Notes: generated by a model from the sequence alone, not told the origin. A DNA stretch of 64,000 nucleotides from Rhodothermales bacterium (GCA_951812345.1 OX638295.1:814759-878758), one strand, 5' to 3'. Positions 7,612 to 17,280 are shown, counted from the first letter of the stretch. Numbers and translations are program-made.

Positions 7612-8391
7612 ATGTCCCGCTCTCTATTCGCTCCGCTGTTCGCCTGCACCGTCCTGTTTCTCGCCGTTTCCTTTCCCGCGCAGGCCCAGGAGGACCTTGT
7701 GCGTCCGGAAGGATGGCAGGTCCGTTTCGACAATCCCGAAGCATCCGAGGACGATCTGGAGATGTTCGTTTCCATGCCGCCCGGATGGCACGTGACCTCC
7801 GGCCCGGCAGCGATCTACTGGGGGCCGGACATGGAAGCGTCCGGCGAGTACCGCATTGAAATGGAAGTCTACCTGTTCGATCCGGCGGGCCGCCGGGAGG
7901 CTTTCGGCATCTTTGTCGGCGGATCGGACCTTACGGGAGACGCCGTCGATTACACGTATTTCCTGCTGCGCGACGGGGGAGAATTCATCGTCAAGCGGCG
8001 TGAAGGGCCGGAAGCGCCCACCATTCATCCCTGGACCGGACATGAAGCCATTCTCGGTTGGGCCGATCGCGAAGAGGAAGCGGCCACCGTGAAGAACGTG
8101 CTCGCCCTGGAAGCCGGCGCCGAAACAGTACATTTTTTCGTGAACGACGCGGAAGTGGCCGCCTTGCCGCGGGCCGATCTCGGTATGGACGGCGTGTTCG
8201 GCATGCGGGTAAACCATGCCCTCAACCTCCATATATCGAGGCTGGAGACCGTGGCGATGGGAGGGGAGGAGGAAGAAGGGCACGATCAGGATGAAGGGGC
8301 CGATCATGGCGAAGGGCATGATGAGGGTGAAGGGCACGACGGGGCCGAAGGAGACGATCAGGAAGAAGAAAGCGATCAGGATGACGGGTAG
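7612..8391 (+). CDS. Secreted protein, possibly jelly-roll/LamG-like, with a His/Asp/Glu-rich C-terminal tail
   Basis: Signal peptide 'MSRSLFAPLFACTVLFLAVSFPAQAQ'. Tail 'EEEEGHDQDEGADHGEGHDEGEGHDGAEGDDQEEESDQDDG'. The fold call is only an impression. Confidence 0.6.
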   Translation: MSRSLFAPLFACTVLFLAVSFPAQAQEDLVRPEGWQVRFDNPEASEDDLEMFVSMPPGWHVTSGPAAIYWGPDMEASGEYRIEMEVYLFDPAGRREAFGIFVGGSDLTGDAVDYTYFLLRDGGEFIVKRREGPEAPTIHPWTGHEAILGWADREEEAATVKNVLALEAGAETVHFFVNDAEVAALPRADLGMDGVFGMRVNHALNLHISRLETVAMGGEEEEGHDQDEGADHGEGHDEGEGHDGAEGDDQEEESDQDDG

Positions 8392-8450
8392 CGCGCTCCG
8401 GAGATACGTTGTGCCGTTTGGATCGGCAAAGTGCGTCTCGGGGCGGTAAT

Positions 8451-9767
8451 TTACCCCACCCCTTCTTTTTCGATATCCAGCAGAAAACGCCATGCCGGAA
8501 CGACCTCGATGGTTCCTGCTTCCACCTGAATCTGCTCTTGCTCTCTGCGGGTCACAATGACGGCATGCATCAAGTCCAGCGAGGCCATCGCTTCGCCAAG
8601 CGCCCTGATTTCCCGCCGGCGGGTTTGCGGGTTCGCCATGGATTCGCATACCTGCACCAGCATACGAGTCCGATCCTGCATCAGAGCGATGAAGTCCACT
8701 TCCCGTCCGTTGCGGGTTTTGACGTAGAAGATATTCGGCGTGATTCTGCGCAGGGCCACAAAGATCAGGTTTTCCAGTAAATGCCCTGCATTTCTCAGAA
8801 TGCCCGGCCCGATGGATGTGGCAAGCGCATGGTCGATTCCGTAGATTTTCTTCGGGTTGACGTTAGCGCGTGCACGGGAGGCGTCAAAAATGCGCACCGT
8901 GAAAAAGACATAGGCGTCCTCGAACCATTCCAGATAGTCGGAGACCGCGTCTTTGGGCGCTTTATGCCCAAGCGATTTCAGATACCCGGTAAGCTTGTTG
9001 ACGGAATATCTTGAACCGATGTTGTCCATCAGCCGGTGCGCCAGATCGGTGACCGCCCTCGGATGAGGTATATCGTGCCGTTCGATCAGGTCGCGAAACA
9101 ACATGGCGTTGAAGTATTCCTGATGTGTCTTGATCCGCAGACGCCGGTCAAGTCCGACTACCTCGGGAAAGCCGCCTGTTTCCCGGTATTCCTCGAAAGC
9201 TTGCTGCACGAGAAGGCGCTGCCGGGTGGTCAGGGGGGTATCGGCGTCGAGTTCCTTGTAATCAAGAAATTCCCGGAACGAGAAGGGGAACAGTTCATGG
9301 GACAGCGCCCGCCCGCGCATCTGCGTGGCAATCTCCCTGGATAGCATCTGTGCGGAGGATCCGGTGATATATACTTCACATTTTTCCGTACGCATCAGGC
9401 GGTCCACAAACGGCTCCCAGCCGGGAATAACCTGTATCTCGTCGAAGAAACAGTAAACGGTTTCGGTGTTTTTCTTTTCCGGATAGAGCGAGAAGTAGGC
9501 TTCAGGGATAATGCCCAATCCGTCGCGTTGCAGGTTGTGGAGGCGATCGTCAAAGAAGTTCAGGAACAGGATGTTCTGGCGCGGAACGCAGTTGTCGAGC
9601 AGCCGCTGGACAATCTGGAGCATGAGTGTCGATTTGCCGCTGCGACGGGCGCCCATGCACACGGTTGCTTTTCCGGGCACTGGTCTTATGTCGATGCGCC
9701 GGGCGGTCCCGATCGAATATTCGGCCTCCTGGAAATCGAGGATGATTTCTTTCAACGTATCGAGCAT
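8451..9767 (-). CDS. AAA+ ATPase with a DUF4143-type C-terminal domain (copy A)
   Basis: Walker A 'GARRSGKST' and Walker B 'CFFDEIQ'. The C-terminal 'REVDFIA...LVQVCES' has QVC where copy B has EVK. Confidence 0.8.
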   Translation of the reverse strand: MLDTLKEIILDFQEAEYSIGTARRIDIRPVPGKATVCMGARRSGKSTLMLQIVQRLLDNCVPRQNILFLNFFDDRLHNLQRDGLGIIPEAYFSLYPEKKNTETVYCFFDEIQVIPGWEPFVDRLMRTEKCEVYITGSSAQMLSREIATQMRGRALSHELFPFSFREFLDYKELDADTPLTTRQRLLVQQAFEEYRETGGFPEVVGLDRRLRIKTHQEYFNAMLFRDLIERHDIPHPRAVTDLAHRLMDNIGSRYSVNKLTGYLKSLGHKAPKDAVSDYLEWFEDAYVFFTVRIFDASRARANVNPKKIYGIDHALATSIGPGILRNAGHLLENLIFVALRRITPNIFYVKTRNGREVDFIALMQDRTRMLVQVCESMANPQTRRREIRALGEAMASLDLMHAVIVTRREQEQIQVEAGTIEVVPAWRFLLDIEKEGVG

Positions 9768-9796
9768 TGTCTTAGTTGGTTAAACTGGAAACATTT

Positions 9797-9859
9797 ATTC
9801 TCACTTTCAATGTTAAGTGAAAATATTTGTTTCTAATTATAATGTCAAGTGAAAATATT
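9797..9859. promoter_or_regulatory. Operator-like repeats upstream of ATPase copy A
   Basis: Direct repeats 'aatgttaagtgaaaatatt' (9809-9827) and 'aatgtcaagtgaaaatatt' (9841-9859), period 32 bp, plus an inverted partial copy 'attctcacttt' (9797-9807). They lie 30-92 nt upstream of the start at 9767. Confidence 0.4.
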
Positions 9860-9992
9860 CGTTCCCGATTTGTTGTTTAATCGACTTTCGACCGCGCAGC
9901 GGTGCGAATATGCCGTCCGGGACATCCTGTTACCCACCATAGACAGGTCGCCGACTCTCTGCTCTGCTTCCACGAAGAACGCCTTCCGCCCG

Positions 9993-10021
9993 ATTGACAA
10001 GGCACCCGCGGAATGGTATTA
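9993..10021 (+). promoter_or_regulatory. Near-consensus sigma70-type promoter for the alpha/beta hydrolase gene
   Basis: TTGACA (9993-9998), a 17-nt spacer, then TATTAT (10016-10021), about 113 nt upstream of the ATG at 10135. Confidence 0.45.
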
Positions 10022-10134
10022 TGCGGGTGGAATTTGTTGCGCCGATCCCCACAAACCAAACGGGGCATTTATGCGTCCGGGCTACCCGGTGTTCTCCAGT
10101 CGTTTTTCCCTTTCCCCAACGCTATGCCAGAGAT

Positions 10135-11052
10135 ATGGAACCTCGCTACCCCAAAGATAAGGAATGGGTGCTGCCTGAACCGCTGGCTACCGCCGAGATT
10201 GCTGTAACCGACGGTGCAACCAGTGTAATCCGGCAGCACGGTAATCCGGACGGCCCGCGGCTCGTTCTGTGTCATGGAAACGGGCTGGCAACCGACCTGT
10301 ATTACCCTTTCTGGTCCGCGCTTGTCGACCGTTTCGATATCGTGCTCTACGATCTCCGAAATCACGGTTGGAGTTCGTTGAGCGATATCCAGACACACAA
10401 CATCGCAACCTTCGTTTCCGACAATGAGCACATCTTTCAGGGTATTGACCGGCACTTCGGCGAGAAGCCGAAAATCGGCGTATTCCATGCCCTGTCGGCG
10501 GTAGTGGCGCTCAACCACGAGCCGCCGGGAGAAGGGTTTGCGGCGCTCGTCCTCTTCGATCCGCCCATTTATCCGCCCAGCGGCGACCCTCTCGAAGTCG
10601 ACGCCTTGTGGCGGCGGTCCGGAATTGTCGCCCAAATGCGCCAGGAATGGTTTGGAAGCTGGGAAGATTTCGCGGAGACAATCCGGCGCCTGCCGACCTT
10701 CGGTCGCCTGCAGCCCGGCGTGGCAGAACTCTTCGCCGAGACGACGCTGCGCCCCGCTTCCGGCGGAAAGGGCTATAAACTCCGGTGTCCGCGCGAGTAC
10801 GAGTCCTGCATATTCGAGTATAGCTTCGCCTACAATTTCGAGCCCAAGGCGCACGATATCGCTTGCCCCATCAAGGTGATCGGGGGAGATCCGACCATGC
10901 CTTTGTCGTTTTTGCCCAGTATGGACCTCACCGGCCTGTCCGGTCTCGACTACGACTTCGTGCCGGAGACCACCCATTTCCTCCAGCTTGAAAATCCCCA
11001 GGAGTGCGCCGACATCATGCTGGAGTTCCTCGAAGATCAGGGGGTCGCATAG
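10135..11052 (+). CDS. Alpha/beta-fold hydrolase
   Basis: 'LVLCHGNGLATDLYYPFW', 'YDLRNHGWS', and a nucleophile-elbow-like 'GVFHALSAVVAL'. The start was moved to the ATG at 10135. Confidence 0.75.
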   Translation: MEPRYPKDKEWVLPEPLATAEIAVTDGATSVIRQHGNPDGPRLVLCHGNGLATDLYYPFWSALVDRFDIVLYDLRNHGWSSLSDIQTHNIATFVSDNEHIFQGIDRHFGEKPKIGVFHALSAVVALNHEPPGEGFAALVLFDPPIYPPSGDPLEVDALWRRSGIVAQMRQEWFGSWEDFAETIRRLPTFGRLQPGVAELFAETTLRPASGGKGYKLRCPREYESCIFEYSFAYNFEPKAHDIACPIKVIGGDPTMPLSFLPSMDLTGLSGLDYDFVPETTHFLQLENPQECADIMLEFLEDQGVA

Positions 11053-11064
11053 GGCGTTTCTCCA

Positions 11065-12324
11065 CTACGGCATTACCCCTCCTGCCCATGCTCGCACCGG
11101 CATGGACAGAAACGCTTCCACGGGGACGCCGTCCCCGCCCACCAGTAGTTTACGGGCGGGGCCAAAGGCTTGATCGAATGCAATCATACCCGGTAGCGTC
11201 CGTTGCGACGGGCCGCTTTTTACCTCGATCGCGATCAGGTTCTGGCCTGTGCGCACGACGAAATCTACCTCGCGGTTACGTTCGCGCCAGTAATAGAGCG
11301 TAATATCTCCCGTCATGGCGGCGTTGGCCAGATGGGCGCCGACTGCGGATTCCACCAGCCGCCCCCAGAGCGCCAGATCCTCGCGAGCTTCGGCCAGCGT
11401 TCGTTCGGATTGGGCGTTCATCAGGGCCGTGTTGAGGACCTGCAACTTGGGACTCGACGCCCTTCGCCGGACCGTGCTGCCCGAGTACTTTTGCAGACCT
11501 GTGAGCATGCCTGCCCCGGACAACAAATCGAGATAATGCGCCAGCGTGGTTGTGTTGCCTGCATCCTGGAGTTGCCCTGTCATTTTAGTGTAGGAGAGTA
11601 TCTGCCCCGAATATGCACACCCCAGTTCAAACAACCTGCGCAGTAGTGCGGGTTTGTCCACGCGGGACAACAGGAGCACATCGCGCGAAATGGTTGTTTC
11701 GATGAGCGCGTCTCGAAGGTAGCGCACCCAGCGTTGCGGTTGTTTTATCAGCGGCGCGGCGCCGGGATAGGCTCCGTAAAAAATATATTTGTCCAATGTC
11801 CAGCCGAAAGCCTCGCGCATCTCGGAAAAACTCCAGTGGGGCAGACGCAAGACCTCGAATCGACCCGCCAGACTTTCGGTCAATCCCCGCTGGATCAGCA
11901 GGGGAGCCGAACCGAGGGCCATTATTTTCAGGGGGTATCCACGGCGGGTATCCTCATCCCAGAGGCGCTTGACCGTTTCGGACCAGTTCGGCGCTTTTTG
12001 CACTTCGTCCAGCACGAGAAGGGCTCCTTGTCCACCGGCTCCGCCCGCCAGCAGTCGCGCCGTTTCCCACTGGGTCTCGATCCATGCGGAGTCTCGCAAG
12101 GTTGGTTCGTCGGCGCTGGCGATATGGTGCGGTAACCCGCATTCCGCTGCTACATGCAGGGCCAGTGTGGTTTTGCCCACTTGCCGCGGGCCTGCTACGA
12201 TCTGAATGAACCGGCGCGGTTCCTGCAGACGACTTAGGAGTTTGGCAGCCTGGGGACGGACGAAGGTCTTTGAAGGGAAGTTGTTCAATGTGTTGTATCC
12301 ATTCTGTTTATACATTTTGCTCAA
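11065..12324 (-). CDS. AAA+ ATPase with a DUF4143-type C-terminal domain (copy B)
   Basis: Walker A 'GPRQVGKTT' and Walker B 'LLVLDEVQ'. The C-terminal 'REVDFVV...IAIEVKSG' is a PD-(D/E)xK-like signature. The track start is the TTG at 12324, and the first ATG is at 12315. Confidence 0.8.
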   Translation of the reverse strand: MSKMYKQNGYNTLNNFPSKTFVRPQAAKLLSRLQEPRRFIQIVAGPRQVGKTTLALHVAAECGLPHHIASADEPTLRDSAWIETQWETARLLAGGAGGQGALLVLDEVQKAPNWSETVKRLWDEDTRRGYPLKIMALGSAPLLIQRGLTESLAGRFEVLRLPHWSFSEMREAFGWTLDKYIFYGAYPGAAPLIKQPQRWVRYLRDALIETTISRDVLLLSRVDKPALLRRLFELGCAYSGQILSYTKMTGQLQDAGNTTTLAHYLDLLSGAGMLTGLQKYSGSTVRRRASSPKLQVLNTALMNAQSERTLAEAREDLALWGRLVESAVGAHLANAAMTGDITLYYWRERNREVDFVVRTGQNLIAIEVKSGPSQRTLPGMIAFDQAFGPARKLLVGGDGVPVEAFLSMPVRAWAGGVMP

Positions 12325-12360
12325 TTTACTGAGTAAAATTACTCAATTTACTGAGTAAAA
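12321..12360. promoter_or_regulatory. Perfect tandem 18-bp repeats (period 22 bp) at or overlapping the start of ATPase copy B
   Basis: 'tcaatttactgagtaaaa' occurs at 12321-12338 and 12343-12360. Alternating TGAGT/ACTCA half-sites form palindromes. Confidence 0.5.
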
Positions 12361-12822
12361 CACAAGTTTTTGTTGGAGAAATTTCTTTTGCAGCCCCTTG
12401 AGCAGGTTCTCCTCCGGGTTTATGTACCGCCCGGATTGCTCACGTCGATGATTTGTGCCTGGTGCGATGTGTCAGAAGCGCCAAATATCCTAAACTACTT
12501 CAGGCAAGCCGAACGGGAAGCGCTTGAGAATCCCTTGTCTCGCTGATTGGTTGCAGCGCCCAGTCAAAGGCCGCGCCGCTCCGATTTCTCGCTGGTCGAA
12601 GACCTTCAATTTCTGCTCAATCATTGTTATTCCCCAATTCTTGCGCCAGTCTTCGCGAACGGCGATATTTGAAGGATAGATGAAGCAAATCCCTTGCCCG
12701 ATCCTGCATAGCCTTCCGTCTCCATGAAAACGCACCCTGTCCGCCTGTGCATGTTGCATGCGCAGAAGCCTTTTTCACAGATGCCGCGTTCGCGCACGCA
12801 TTCGCATCCGGTGTTTTCTACA

Positions 12823-15003
12823 ATGTCCGGCCTCCCCGTATTCCTACTTGCCGCCTCACTTGCTTTTGTGCTTGCTGCATGCGGCGCCATGTCGACACCC
12901 GCGCTCGACAGCGACGACATCGGCGGCGTGGTGACAGGCGCCAATGGCCCGGAAGCCGGCGTATGGGTCATTGCGGAAACAGGCGACCTGCCCACGCCCT
13001 TTGCGAAGATTGTGGTGACGGACGATGCGGGGCGCTATGTGCTGCCGGATCTCCCCGACGCCGAATACGAAGTATGGGTGCGGGGCTACGGCCTGGTGGA
13101 TTCTCCCCGGCAGCCCGGCCGCCCCGGCGATATGCTGAATCTTGAAGCGGTCGAGGCCCCCGACGAGGCCGCCGCTGCGGAGATCTATCCTTCGGGACAC
13201 TGGTTTTCTCTGATTGACGTTCCCGCGGAAAGCGAATTTCCCGGTACGGGACCGGGTGGAAACGGTATTGCCGAGCACCTCGACAATCAGGGCGAATTTC
13301 TGCGCATCCTGAAATCCGGTATGTGTATGGCCTGTCATCAGATGGGCGGTTCGGGCACCCGCCGCATTCCGGAGAATCTCGCCGATCTGGAGTCTCCGGA
13401 GCACTTTATCGACCCGGAAACCGGCGCCTTCGTGTCGTCGGAAGCAGCCTGGGAACGCCGTCTCCAGGCCGGGCAGGCCGGGGGCAGCATGATGTACGGC
13501 CTCAATGCATTGGGTCGCGAACGCGCGCTCGAAATGTTCGCCGACTGGACGGACCGCATTGCGGAAGGCGCCTTGCCGCCTGCGCCGCCGCGCCCGGAGG
13601 GCCTCGAACGCAATGTGGTCATCACCATGTGGGACTGGGCCGATCCGAAAACTTATCTCCACGATCTCGTATCGACCGACCGGCGGGATCCTACGGTAAA
13701 TGCCTACGGCAAATTGTACGGGGCCGCGGAAGCGAGTTCGGATTATGTCCCGGTGCTGGATCCGGTCACGCACGAACGGAGCGAAGTGCCGGTGTATCCA
13801 CGCGACCCGGCCACGCCCAACGCGGGTGGCAGCGTACTGGCGTCTTCTCCCTATTGGGGCGACGAACCCATCTGGAACAGCCAGACCAACGTGCATAACC
13901 CCATGTTCGATGAGGCCGGGCGCGTCTGGCTCACGTCGCGGGTCCGCCCGGCGGACAACCCGGATTTCTGCAAGGAGGGTTCGGAACATCCTTCCGCCAG
14001 ACTGTTCCCTCTTGCAAGGTCCTACCGCCACCTTGCCGTGTACGACCCGGCTACGGAGGAACTGACGAACATCGGTACGTGCTTCAGCACCCATCATCTG
14101 ATGTTCGCCATGGACGAGCAAAACACGCTCTGGACCAGTGGGGACGGGCAGGTCGTGGGCTGGCTGGATGTGGAAGCCTTCCTTGAAACGGGCGATGAGG
14201 AGACCTCGCAGGGCTGGACGGCGCTGATCATGGACACGAACGGCAATGGGCAGCGCGATGCGTACGTGGAACCGGGCGATCCGGTGGATCCGGCCCTGGA
14301 CAAGCGCTACGGACGGGGTTTTTATGCGGTCACGCCCATGCCGGACGGCACGGTATGGGGCTCCGTGCTGGATTTCCCCGGCACAGTGGTGCGGCTTGAT
14401 CCGGGAGACAACCCGCCGGAGACGGTGCTGGCCGAGGTATACGAACTGCCCTACGGGAACGAACGGGCGGACATATGGGGATTTTCTCCCCGGGGAATGG
14501 ACGTCGATCTTGAGGGCGTAGTATGGACCCCGCTTGCAAGCGGACATCTCGCGAGTTTCGACCGGCGCAAGTGCGAGGGCCCGCTGAACGGACCGGAAGC
14601 CACCGGACAGCATTGTCCGGAAGGGTGGACCTTTTATGAGGAACCGGTTCCTCAACTGGGCGGCGTAGAGGGGCCGGGCGGCGGCGGAGGCAGCTATTAC
14701 GCCTGGGTGGATTGGTATAACACGCTGGGCCTGGGGGAGAATGTGCCCATAAGCACAGGCAACCAGTCCGATGCGCTGCTTGCGCTGAAGGACGGCGAAT
14801 GGGTCGTACTGCGGGTGCCGTATCCGACCGGGTTCTATACGAAGTGGCTGGACGGGCGCATCGACGATCCGGAGACGGGCTGGAAGGGCCGCGGGGTGTG
14901 GGCCACGATCAGTACGCGCACCCCCTTCCATATGGAATCGGGCGCCGGGACAACCAGCAAGGTGTACCAGTTCCAGATGCGGCCTAGCCCGCTGGCGAAG
15001 TAG
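12823..15003 (+). CDS. Secreted lipoprotein with a carboxypeptidase-regulatory-like domain and one CxxCH heme-c motif
   Basis: Lipobox 'LAFVLAACG'. 'VVTGANGPEAGVWVIAETGDL...VVTDDAGRYVLPDLPDAEYEVWVRGYG'. 'GMCMACHQMGG'. The start was moved to the ATG at 12823. Confidence 0.65.
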   Translation: MSGLPVFLLAASLAFVLAACGAMSTPALDSDDIGGVVTGANGPEAGVWVIAETGDLPTPFAKIVVTDDAGRYVLPDLPDAEYEVWVRGYGLVDSPRQPGRPGDMLNLEAVEAPDEAAAAEIYPSGHWFSLIDVPAESEFPGTGPGGNGIAEHLDNQGEFLRILKSGMCMACHQMGGSGTRRIPENLADLESPEHFIDPETGAFVSSEAAWERRLQAGQAGGSMMYGLNALGRERALEMFADWTDRIAEGALPPAPPRPEGLERNVVITMWDWADPKTYLHDLVSTDRRDPTVNAYGKLYGAAEASSDYVPVLDPVTHERSEVPVYPRDPATPNAGGSVLASSPYWGDEPIWNSQTNVHNPMFDEAGRVWLTSRVRPADNPDFCKEGSEHPSARLFPLARSYRHLAVYDPATEELTNIGTCFSTHHLMFAMDEQNTLWTSGDGQVVGWLDVEAFLETGDEETSQGWTALIMDTNGNGQRDAYVEPGDPVDPALDKRYGRGFYAVTPMPDGTVWGSVLDFPGTVVRLDPGDNPPETVLAEVYELPYGNERADIWGFSPRGMDVDLEGVVWTPLASGHLASFDRRKCEGPLNGPEATGQHCPEGWTFYEEPVPQLGGVEGPGGGGGSYYAWVDWYNTLGLGENVPISTGNQSDALLALKDGEWVVLRVPYPTGFYTKWLDGRIDDPETGWKGRGVWATISTRTPFHMESGAGTTSKVYQFQMRPSPLAK

Positions 15004-15036
15004 ATATAACGCCCGCTGGCGAAATAGATATTAATC

Positions 15037-17199
15037 TTATTCGCCTTCTCCCGTATCGCCCCCCGTTTCCGCAGACGCCTCATCCGGCAGCGCAAACGCG
15101 ACCAGCATGCCTCCAATAGGCCGGTTCGACTTGCCGCCGCCCGCCGAAATCGCCACATACTGTTTCCCGTCCGCCATGTAGGTGCTGGGCGTAGCGTTTC
15201 CGCCGAAAGGCAGGTCGGCTTCCCACAGCACCTCGCCCGTTTCCTTGTCGAAGGCCCGTATTTTCTCGTCGGCGGTGGCGCCGATGAACAACACGCCGCC
15301 CGCCGTCACGATCGGTCCGCCGTAATTTTCCGTACCGGTCTGCGGAATCCCCCGCGCTGTCAATTCCTCGTACTCTCCGAGCGGTACGGTCCATTTGATG
15401 TCGCCCGTATTCAGATCGACGGCGTTCAGCGTGCCCCAGGGCGGTTTGATGGCCGGGTAGCCTTCCTGGTCCAGCCAGCGCTGGAACCCCCGGAAGGCGT
15501 ACGGCGGCACATATCCGTCCTCCTCGTCTTCCTCCACAGCCGTTTCTTCGCCTAAGAGATGGTCAAGAATCGCGTTCAGAAACCCCTCGGGGACCTGGTC
15601 GAAAGGAGGCATGCGCGCGCCGCCCTGTACGAGCAGCGCCATGGCTTGCTCCCGGCTGTAGCGTTCGCCCATATCCGTAAGCGCCGGAAAACCGCCTCCC
15701 GGATCGCCGCTGCCGTCCAGACCGTGGCAGGACGCGCAGAGCGACCGGTAGTATCGGTCTCCGCGAGGCAGGGGCGTACCGTCCGGACGCCTTGTCGGGA
15801 TAAGCTGGTAAAACCACGGCATCTCGTTGACATTCACATACAATACGCCGTCGGGGTCGGCAGCCGATCCGCCCCATTCCATGCCCCCGTCGTATCCCGG
15901 AAACTTGATTTTCTGTTCCAGACTTGGCGGCGGGAACGATCCGTAGGTTCCGGACTGCGTAATCAGATCGGTGGTCAACTGTCGGGCTTCCGGCGAGATA
16001 TTCGATACGTCGTCCAGCGTGTATTCCTGCCGTATGAGCGGCGGCGGCCATATGGGGTGGGGCTGCGTGGGCCATGCCTGCATATCCGGCAATTCCGATA
16101 CGGGGGCAGGGCGCTCTTCGATCGGCCACAGCGGCTCGCCCGTAACCCGGTCGAAGACGTACAGCAGTCCCATCTTCGTGCCCTGGGCGGCTATGTCTAC
16201 CCATTCTCCGTCGTGCCGGACGGTCAGCAGCGTGGGCGGGGTCGGAAGGTCCATATCCCACAGGTCGTGATGAACGAACTGGAAGTGCCACAGGCGCTCG
16301 CCGGTCCGCGCATCCAGCGCAATAAGGGAGTTGGCGAACAGATTCTCGCCGTACCGGTCGCCGCCGTAGAAGTCGGGGCCTGCGGTTTCCGTGGAGGAGT
16401 ATACGATGCCTCGCTCCATATCCATTGCGATGCCGGACCAGTCCGAGGCGCCCCCCGTGTATTCCAGATAGCCTTCCGGCCACGTCTCCGACCCGAATTC
16501 CCCCGGACGGGGCAGAGTATGGAAGATCCAGATGCGTTCGCCGGTCCGCGCGTCGAGCGCAATGACCGCCCCGGGCACGTTCTCCGCTACCCGCACGCCG
16601 AAAATAAGCATGTCTTCAAAGACATATCCGCCCGAGTTCAGGCCCACGTTCGGACGGCCTTCCCAGTCGATGCGGTCGCCTATATGGAGCCAGCCGCCTT
16701 CGCCGAACGCGGGGACCGGCTCGCCCGTCTCTGCGTCGAGGGAGTACAGCCAGGGGCCTTTCGTCGTGAAGATGCGCCTGTTTTCCCCGTCTTCCCAGTG
16801 TATGAAGCCTCGTTGCCGGCCGCCGCCCTGGTGCATGCCGCCGTCGTGGGAATTGGTTTCGTCAGGATTGAAGGTCCACAGATGTTCGCCCGTTGCGGCG
16901 TTCAGCGCCGTCATCTTGCGGTTCGGGGTAGCCGTGTACAGCACGCCGTCCACGATGAGGTTGTTGGCCTGGTATTCGCTCACTTCCCCCGTATCGTACG
17001 CCCACGCCATTTCCAGCAGGTGGACATTCTCCGTGTTGATCTGATCGAGCAGGGAATACTGGTTGCTGCTCGGATGGCCGAGATAATTCGCCCAGTCCGC
17101 ATCGGCGCCGACCGGCGCGCGCGGGGGCGCTTCGGAACAGGCGGACAGGGTTGCGGCAAGCGCCGCAGCAACGGCCAGGCGGGAGAGAAAGCGGGTCAT
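15037..17199 (-). CDS. PQQ-dependent dehydrogenase (beta-propeller) with an inserted cytochrome c module
   Basis: 'NYLGHPSSNQYSLLDQINTENVHLLEMAWAYDTGE' is a PQQ-dehydrogenase N-terminus. A 'CASCHG' heme site lies between propeller blades. Lipoprotein signal 'LAATLSAC'. Confidence 0.8.
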   Translation of the reverse strand: MTRFLSRLAVAAALAATLSACSEAPPRAPVGADADWANYLGHPSSNQYSLLDQINTENVHLLEMAWAYDTGEVSEYQANNLIVDGVLYTATPNRKMTALNAATGEHLWTFNPDETNSHDGGMHQGGGRQRGFIHWEDGENRRIFTTKGPWLYSLDAETGEPVPAFGEGGWLHIGDRIDWEGRPNVGLNSGGYVFEDMLIFGVRVAENVPGAVIALDARTGERIWIFHTLPRPGEFGSETWPEGYLEYTGGASDWSGIAMDMERGIVYSSTETAGPDFYGGDRYGENLFANSLIALDARTGERLWHFQFVHHDLWDMDLPTPPTLLTVRHDGEWVDIAAQGTKMGLLYVFDRVTGEPLWPIEERPAPVSELPDMQAWPTQPHPIWPPPLIRQEYTLDDVSNISPEARQLTTDLITQSGTYGSFPPPSLEQKIKFPGYDGGMEWGGSAADPDGVLYVNVNEMPWFYQLIPTRRPDGTPLPRGDRYYRSLCASCHGLDGSGDPGGGFPALTDMGERYSREQAMALLVQGGARMPPFDQVPEGFLNAILDHLLGEETAVEEDEEDGYVPPYAFRGFQRWLDQEGYPAIKPPWGTLNAVDLNTGDIKWTVPLGEYEELTARGIPQTGTENYGGPIVTAGGVLFIGATADEKIRAFDKETGEVLWEADLPFGGNATPSTYMADGKQYVAISAGGGKSNRPIGGMLVAFALPDEASAETGGDTGEGE

Positions 17200-17280
17200 A
17201 TCGTCAGGGGTTGAATGCGTGCCGGGTTGCCGGCGTCGGGTTGCGGCGGCTATTACAATAAGGAGTGCCGTGCCGCAGGA

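Noticed and set aside
12490-12759. An 89-aa minus-strand ORF in the 500-bp gap upstream of the heme lipoprotein gene. 'CRIGQGICFIYPSNIAVREDWRKNWG' looked faintly like a RelE/ParE C-terminus.
   Set aside because: The resemblance is too weak to support. There is no partner antitoxin ORF, and it overlaps the track's upstream extension (12724-12822) of the heme lipoprotein ORF, just upstream of its ATG at 12823. Left unannotated.
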